A DNA stretch of 64,000 nt. Source: Escherichia coli (lineage in GTDB: Bacteria > Pseudomonadota > Gammaproteobacteria > Enterobacterales > Enterobacteriaceae). The position numbers were made by a program, and so were the translations under genes. The stretch is from NCBI RefSeq assembly GCF_003018255.1, contig NZ_CP027440.1. One strand, 5' to 3'. The notes beneath the pieces are model-generated. The model was not told the DNA's origin, did not search any database, and worked only from the letters and a program-made list of their open reading frames with translations. Below, in pieces: positions 58,264-64,000 of the stretch. Positions within the stretch are counted from its first letter, which is position 1. Every line of letters begins with the position of its first letter.

Positions 58264-61038
58264 CAGTTAACGGCGGTGGTGTACCCGGACGGGCTGGAGA
58301 GCAGCCGGGCATATGATGAGCTGGACAGACTGGTATCGGAGACATCGCGCAGCGGGGAGACAGTACGCTACCGCTACGATGACGTGCACAGTGAGTTACC
58401 GGCGACGACAACGGATGCGACGGGCAGCACCCGGCAGATGACCTGGAGCCGCTACGGGCAGTTGCTGGCCTTCACCGACTGCTCGGGCTACCAGACCCGC
58501 TATGAATACGACCACTTTGGTCAGATGACGGCGGTCCATCGTGAGGAAGGCATCAGCACGTACAATACCTATAACCCGCGCGGCCAGCTGGTCAGCCGGA
58601 AAGACGCACAGGGCCGTGAAACGCGGTATGAATACAACGCCGCAGGCGACCTGACTGCCGTTATCACCCCGGACGGCAACCGGAGCGAGACACAGTACGA
58701 TGCGTGGGGAAAGGCGGTCAGCACCACGCAGGGCGGGCTGACGCGCAGTATGGAGTACGATGCTGCCGGACGTGTCATCAGCCTGACCAACGAGAACGGC
58801 AGTCACAGCGACTTCAGCTACGATACGCTTGACCGGCTGGTACAGCAGCGCGGCTTTGACGGGCGGACGCAACGTTATCATTATGACCTGACCGGAAAAC
58901 TCACGCAGAGTGAAGATGAGGGGCTTGTCATCCTCTGGTACTACGATGAATCGGACCGTATCACTCACCGCACGGTGAACGGCGAACCGGCAGAGCAGTG
59001 GCAGTATGATGGCCACGGCTGGCTGAGAGAAATCAGCCACCTGAGCGAAGGCCACCGTGTTGCCGTCCACTATGGCTACGACGATAAGGGCCGTCTGACC
59101 GGGGAGCGCCAGACGGTGGAGAACCCGGAGACGGGGGAACTGCTGTGGCAGCATGAGACGAAACAGGCATACAACGAACAGGGGCTGGCAAACCGCGTCA
59201 CGCCGGACAGCCTGCCGCCGGTGGAGTGGCTGGCCTATGGCAGCGGTTATCTGGCGGGCATGAAGCTGGGCGGGACGCCGCTGCTGGAGTACACGCGCGA
59301 CCGCCTGCACCGGGAGACGGTGCGCAGCTTCGGCAGCATGGCAGGCAATACAGCCGCATATGAACTGACCAGCACTTACACCCCCGCAGGCCAGTTACAG
59401 AGCCGGCACCTGAACAGCCTGGTGTTTGATTGTGACTATAACTGGAATGACAACGGCGACCTGATGCGCATCAGCGGCCCGCGACAGACGCGGGAATACG
59501 GCTACAGCGCCACGGGCAGGCTGGAGAGCGTGCGCACCCTCGCACCGGACCTGGACATCCGCATCCCGTATGCCACCGACCCGGCGGGCAACCGGCTGCC
59601 GGACCCGGAGCTGCACCCGGACAGTACACTCACAGTGTGGCCGGATAACCGAATCACCGAAGACGCGCACTACCTGTACCGTTACGATGAATACGGCAGG
59701 CTGGCGGAGAAGACGGACCGCATCCCGGCGGGTGTGATACGGACGGACGACGAGCGGACCCACCACTACCACTACGACAGCCAGCACCGCCTGGTGTTCT
59801 ATACGCGGATACAGCATGGCGAGCCACTGGTCGAGAGCCGCTACCTTTACGACCCGCTGGGCCGCCGGACGGGTAAACGGGTGTGGCGTCGCGGGCGTGA
59901 CCTGACAGGATGGATGTCGCTGTCGCGTAAACCGGAGGAGACGTGGTACGGGTGGGACGGCGACAGGCTGACGACGGTGCAGACTGACAGCACGCGTATC
60001 CAGACGGTGTACCAGCCGGGAAGCTTCACACCGCTCATCCGCATCGAAACAGACGTGACCGAACTGGAGAAAGCGCAGCGGCGGAGCCTGGCGGAGAAGC
60101 TCCAGCAGGAAGGGAGCGAGGACGGACACGGCGTGGTGTTCCCGGCTGAACTGGTGCGGCTGCTGGACAGGCTGGAGGAAGAAATCCGGACAGACCGCGT
60201 GAGCAGTGAAAGCCGGGCGTGGCTTGCGCAGTGCGGGCTGACGGTGGAGCAACTGGAAAAACAGGTGGAGCCGGAATATACACCGGCGCGAAAAGTTCAT
60301 CTTTACCACTGCGACCACCGGGGCCTGCCGCTGGCGCTTATCAGCGAAGACGGCAATACGGTGTGGAGCGCGGAGTATGATGAATGGGGAAACCTGCTTA
60401 ATGAGGAGAACCCGCATCATGTGTATCAGTCATACCGTCTGCCGGGGCAGCAGCATGATGAGGAGTCGGGGCTGTACTACAACCGGAACCGGTACTACAA
60501 TCCGTTGCTGGGACGATATATTACTCAGGACCCGATTGGGCTGGCGGGGGGATGGAGTCTGTATGCGTATCCGCTGAATCCGGTGAATGGTATTGATCCA
60601 TTAGGATTAAGTCCTGCAGATGTAGCGTTAATGCGAAAAAAAGAACAATTAAACCATCAAAGAGCATGGGATATATTATCTGATACTTATGATGATATGA
60701 AGAGATTAAATTTAGGTGGGACTGATCAATTTTTCCATTGTATGGCATTTTGTCGAGTGTCTAAATTAAATGACGCTGGTGTTAGCCGATCAGCGAAAGG
60801 GCTGGGTTATGAAAAAGAGATTAGAGATTACGGGTTAAATATGTTCGGTATGTACGGCAGAAAAGTAAAGTTATCCCATTCTGAGATGATTGAAGATAAT
60901 AAAAAAGACTTGGCTGTAAATGAACATGGGTTGACATGTCCATTAACACAAGATTGCTCAAATAGATGTATTGATTATATTAATCCAGAGCATAAAAAAA
61001 CGATAAAGGCTTTACAAGATGCTGGCTATCTCAAGTAA
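58264..61038 (+). CDS. rhs core gene continuation (YD repeats, RHS core, PxxxxDPxGL) plus variable C-terminal toxin domain; separated from its 5' part by the IS
   Basis: The frame resumes exactly: QLTAVV|[18 protein letters not shown]… DPIGLAGG demarcation motif at aa about 755 of this ORF, followed by an about 165-aa AT-rich C-terminal tip. Confidence 0.85.
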   Translation, partial: QLTAVVYPDGLESSRAYDELDRLVSETSRSGETVRYRYDDVHSELPATTTDATGSTRQMTWSRYGQLLAFTDCSGYQTRYEYDHFGQMTAVHREEGISTYNTYNPRGQLVSRKDAQGRETRYEYNAAGDLTAVITPDGNRSETQYDAWGKAVSTTQGGLTRSMEYDAAGRVISLTNENGSHSDFSYDTLDRLVQQRGFDGRTQRYHYDLTGKLTQSEDEGLVILWYYDESDRITHRTVNGEPAEQWQYDGHGWLREISHLSEGHRVAVHYGYDDKGRLTGERQTVENPETGELLWQHETKQAYNEQGLANRVTPDSLPPVEWLAYGSGYLAGMKLGGTPLLEYTRDRLHRETVRSFGSMAGNTAAYELTSTYTPAGQLQSRHLNSLVFDCDYNWNDNGDLMRISGPRQTREYGYSATGRLESVRTLAPDLDIRIPYATDPAGNRLPDPELHPDSTLTVWPDNRITEDAHYLYRYDEYGRLAEKTDRIPAGVIRTDDERTHHYHYDSQHRLVFYTRIQHGEPLVESRYLYDPLGRRTGKRVWRRGRDLTGWMSLSRKPEETWYGWDGDRLTTVQTDSTRIQTVYQPGSFTPLIRIETDVTELEKAQRRSLAEKLQQEGSEDGHGVVFPAELVRLLDRLEEEIRTDRVSSESRAWLAQCGLTVEQLEKQVEPEYTPARKVHLYHCDHRGLPLALISEDGNTVWSAEYDEWGNLLNEENPHHVYQSYRLPGQQHDEESGLYYNRNRYYNPLLGRYITQDPIGLAGGWSLYAYPLNPVNGIDPLGLSPADVALMRKKEQLNHQRAWDILSDTYDDMKRLNLGGTDQFFHCMAFCRVSKLNDAGVSRSAKGLGYEKEIRDYGLNMFGMYGRKVKLSHSEMIEDNKKDLAVNEHGLTCPLTQDCSNRCIDYINPEHKKTIKALQDAGYLK

Positions 61039-61510
61039 CATCTCAAAGATGGTAATATTTATTTTTGCTATTATAATCGTTGTTTTTTTATGCGTGACTA
61101 CTTATCTTTATTTACACAAAGATGAATCTCTTGTAAGTAAGCATTACATAAACTATATGGCAATACCAGAAAGTGATGGGGTTTTTACATGGCTCCCAGA
61201 TTTTTTTCCGCACGTAGCGGTGGATATATCAATATCCACAAATGTAGAAGATGATTATTTTTTTTCTTATTTTTCCCTAACAATCGATGATGGGGGGAGG
61301 TTTAAGAAAACATTGACTGTGAGGGCCAGGGAACAAGTGGCGAAAATCGTATCAGAGAATGATCCAGATACAAAAAAAGTGTGGTGTAAATATGGTAAAA
61401 TACCAGGGCAAGGGGATAGCGTAAACCTTTTTTTTGTTGGTGAAATTAATGTTACGCATTATTTTATAACAAATATTGGAGCTGGGTTACCTGATGCTTG
61501 TGCAGAGTAA
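61019..61510 (+). CDS. Putative Rhs immunity protein (163 aa, N-terminal TM helix), AT-rich
   Basis: ORF overlaps the rhs stop; an alternative start is at 61049. Hydrophobic segment [22 protein letters not shown]. Its position immediately 3' of the Rhs C-terminal tip is canonical for rhsI. Confidence 0.6.
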   Translation: MLAISSNISKMVIFIFAIIIVVFLCVTTYLYLHKDESLVSKHYINYMAIPESDGVFTWLPDFFPHVAVDISISTNVEDDYFFSYFSLTIDDGGRFKKTLTVRAREQVAKIVSENDPDTKKVWCKYGKIPGQGDSVNLFFVGEINVTHYFITNIGAGLPDACAE

Positions 61511-61876
61511 TTGCTTGAATTAAGAGTCTATCCCATATCGAAGTCGTCAACTTCGTAGTGAGGAAAAGTATAATCCCTGACTGAGAAAAGACATGTCGGC
61601 TATTGTGTAAAGCCATATAGCTCAGACGATGAATATCTACTCGTATTCAGTTGTTTATTGAGGGTGAGTTCCGACCCTGAAACAACAAATAAAATGAACA
61701 GCCAGAGAGTTTACATAGAATTGCACTGGTCTTTTACGATATCTGACATTGTGTAATACATATTCAGCCATGCATTAATTAAAATGTTACGTGTTTAATG
61801 TGAGTCCCTATCTGAAAATAAATAATCCTTCCGGATTAAAATAAATTCTCGCCGGGAAAGAAAGAGGAAATAAACC

Positions 61877-62010
61877 ATTAGCGGAAAACCAGCGGCACGC
61901 CAGGGTGACATGCCCCAGTACGGCGGCCCGATAGTCCAGGGTTCAGCGGGGGTACTGATAGTCGCGCCGACTGCATCGAGAACTCCATACAACTTTTTAC
62001 GGAACGTCAC
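61877..62010 (+). pseudogene. Orphan rhs 5' remnant (codons 2 to about 35 of an rhs gene, no start codon)
   Basis: SGKPAARQGDMPQYGGPIVQGSAGV is 80-90% nucleotide identity to positions 55481-55570 of the rhs start, then diverges and stops. Confidence 0.6.
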
Positions 62011-62024
62011 CTGATAAAATTTGT

Positions 62025-62432
62025 TCAGTATCGTCTTTTGAGATTCTCAAGGTTATGGAGTAACCAGACAGAACGGACACCACTGTCGGAGATAAAAACC
62101 CCCTGTTTACGCAGCTCGTTGCTGGCCCGGTGCTGACCATGTGTCGGGAAAGCGACGGCGTAATCAACAACAGCCTGTTCAATTGCCTCATCGGTACGGT
62201 TCTTAAGGTTAGGAGCGCGGCGACTACGATTAATCTGCGCATCCACACCGCCTTCAGCGGCCAGTTCGCGGTAACGATAAAACGTATCACGCGAAACGCC
62301 CATGATTTTACAGGCTTTTGATACGTTGCTGAGTTCTTCAGCCAGATTGAGCAAACCGGCTTTGTGTTTGATGACGGGATTGGCAGTATGAAGCATGAGA
62401 GTTACCTCTTGTTTTGGATAAGGATTCGACAC
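62025..62432 (-). pseudogene. ylbG: IS481-like transposase N-terminal HTH fragment (YlbG-like), truncated
   Basis: 135-aa ORF with HTH CKIMGVSRDTFYRYRELAAEGG and no integrase core downstream. Confidence 0.6.
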
Positions 62433-62511
62433 TCATATCAAAACCGGTAACTCTCAACCTTTCAAGGCCATGTGTCAGATCAAGTCGCGACTAATACAAA
62501 TACGTCCCTCA

Positions 62512-63621
<1,110 letters not shown>

Positions 63622-63674
63622 TCAAATCAGCTTGCGCGCTATTTTACGCGCCAACGCGCAAGGAAACTTGATTT

Positions 63675-64000
63675 TTAACTGCGTGGGTTGCCGAAAATTT
63701 CTAAAAATCCGCTGATTTCCGGCCTGCGCTGGGTAAACAAGGTCACAATATCTTCTATCGCTTTGCCGCTGCCAAATTTGCGCCATGCCAGACTCAATGG
63801 TGAAGGAGGGCGCATCGTTGGGATTACCCGGCTGACCAGTTGTTGATTATCGATCATTGACTGGCAAAGTGATTTTGGCAAAAAACCAATGCCAACGCCC
63901 GCCAGATGGGCGGCGATTTTCGTTTCCATATCGGGAACAATAATCTCTTTTTGCCCCGGCAATCGCCAGGCGACGCGTTTGGTTAGTGTGCGGGCGCTGT
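63675..64000 (-). CDS. allS: LysR-family allantoin regulator AllS, C-terminal part only (gene continues beyond the window end)
   Basis: The 95-aa ORF is the end of a LysR substrate-binding domain; the first M of the listed ORF is internal because the frame is open to the window edge. Confidence 0.7.
   Translation of the reverse strand, partial: SARTLTKRVAWRLPGQKEIIVPDMETKIAAHLAGVGIGFLPKSLCQSMIDNQQLVSRVIPTMRPPSPLSLAWRKFGSGKAIEDIVTLFTQRRPEISGFLEIFGNPRS

Noticed and set aside
58396-60420. Two long minus-strand ORFs (304 aa and 341 aa) inside the rhs core
   Set aside because: The GC-rich YD-repeat core gives long open antisense frames; translations are Arg/Pro/Ala-rich with no domain features.

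Overview
This window reads as a contiguous Escherichia coli chromosomal segment. I recognised it from the protein translations and gene order. Gene order runs mdlB(3' part)-glnK-amtB-tesB-ybaY-atl-ffs-ybaA-pdeB-ylaC-maa-hha-tomB-acrBA-acrR-mscK-ybaM-priC-ybaN-apt-dnaX-ybaB-recR-htpG-adk-hemH-aes-gsk-ybaL-fsr-ushA-ybaK-chiX-ybaP-(higB-like)-ybaQ-copA-glsA-ybaT-cueR-[about 3.3 kb accessory island]-ybbJ-qmcA-fetAB-cnoX-ybbO-tesA-ybbA-ybbP-rhs(disrupted by an IS2-like element)-rhsI-remnants-mnmH-allS(partial). Most of it is core housekeeping and efflux genes with well-known lengths. The accessory or unusual content falls into three groups. First, a toxin-first HigB/HigA-like pair made of an unlisted 100-aa RelE/HigB-family ORF directly upstream of ybaQ. 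Second, an island between cueR and ybbJ, not part of the K-12 order as I remember it, that encodes a small YadA-anchor coiled-coil adhesin, a lipoprotein, a tiny membrane protein, a divergent HTH-like ORF, a frameshifted ORF pair, and a promoter region with repeated TGTTTCT/AGAAACA palindromes. Third, an Rhs polymorphic-toxin locus whose core gene is split by a 1331-bp IS3-family (IS2-group) element flanked by an unusually long 16-18 bp direct repeat, followed by an AT-rich novel C-terminal toxin tip, a cognate membrane immunity ORF, an orphan rhs 5' remnant and an IS481-like transposase fragment. Two non-coding RNA genes (ffs 4.5S RNA; ChiX sRNA) and several classic regulatory sites are readable directly from the sequence: the glnK sigma54 promoter, the AcrR operator, the CueR box, the htpG sigma32 promoter and the dnaX -1 frameshift signal. 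Coordinates were counted by hand and may be off by 1-2 nt at some boundaries.
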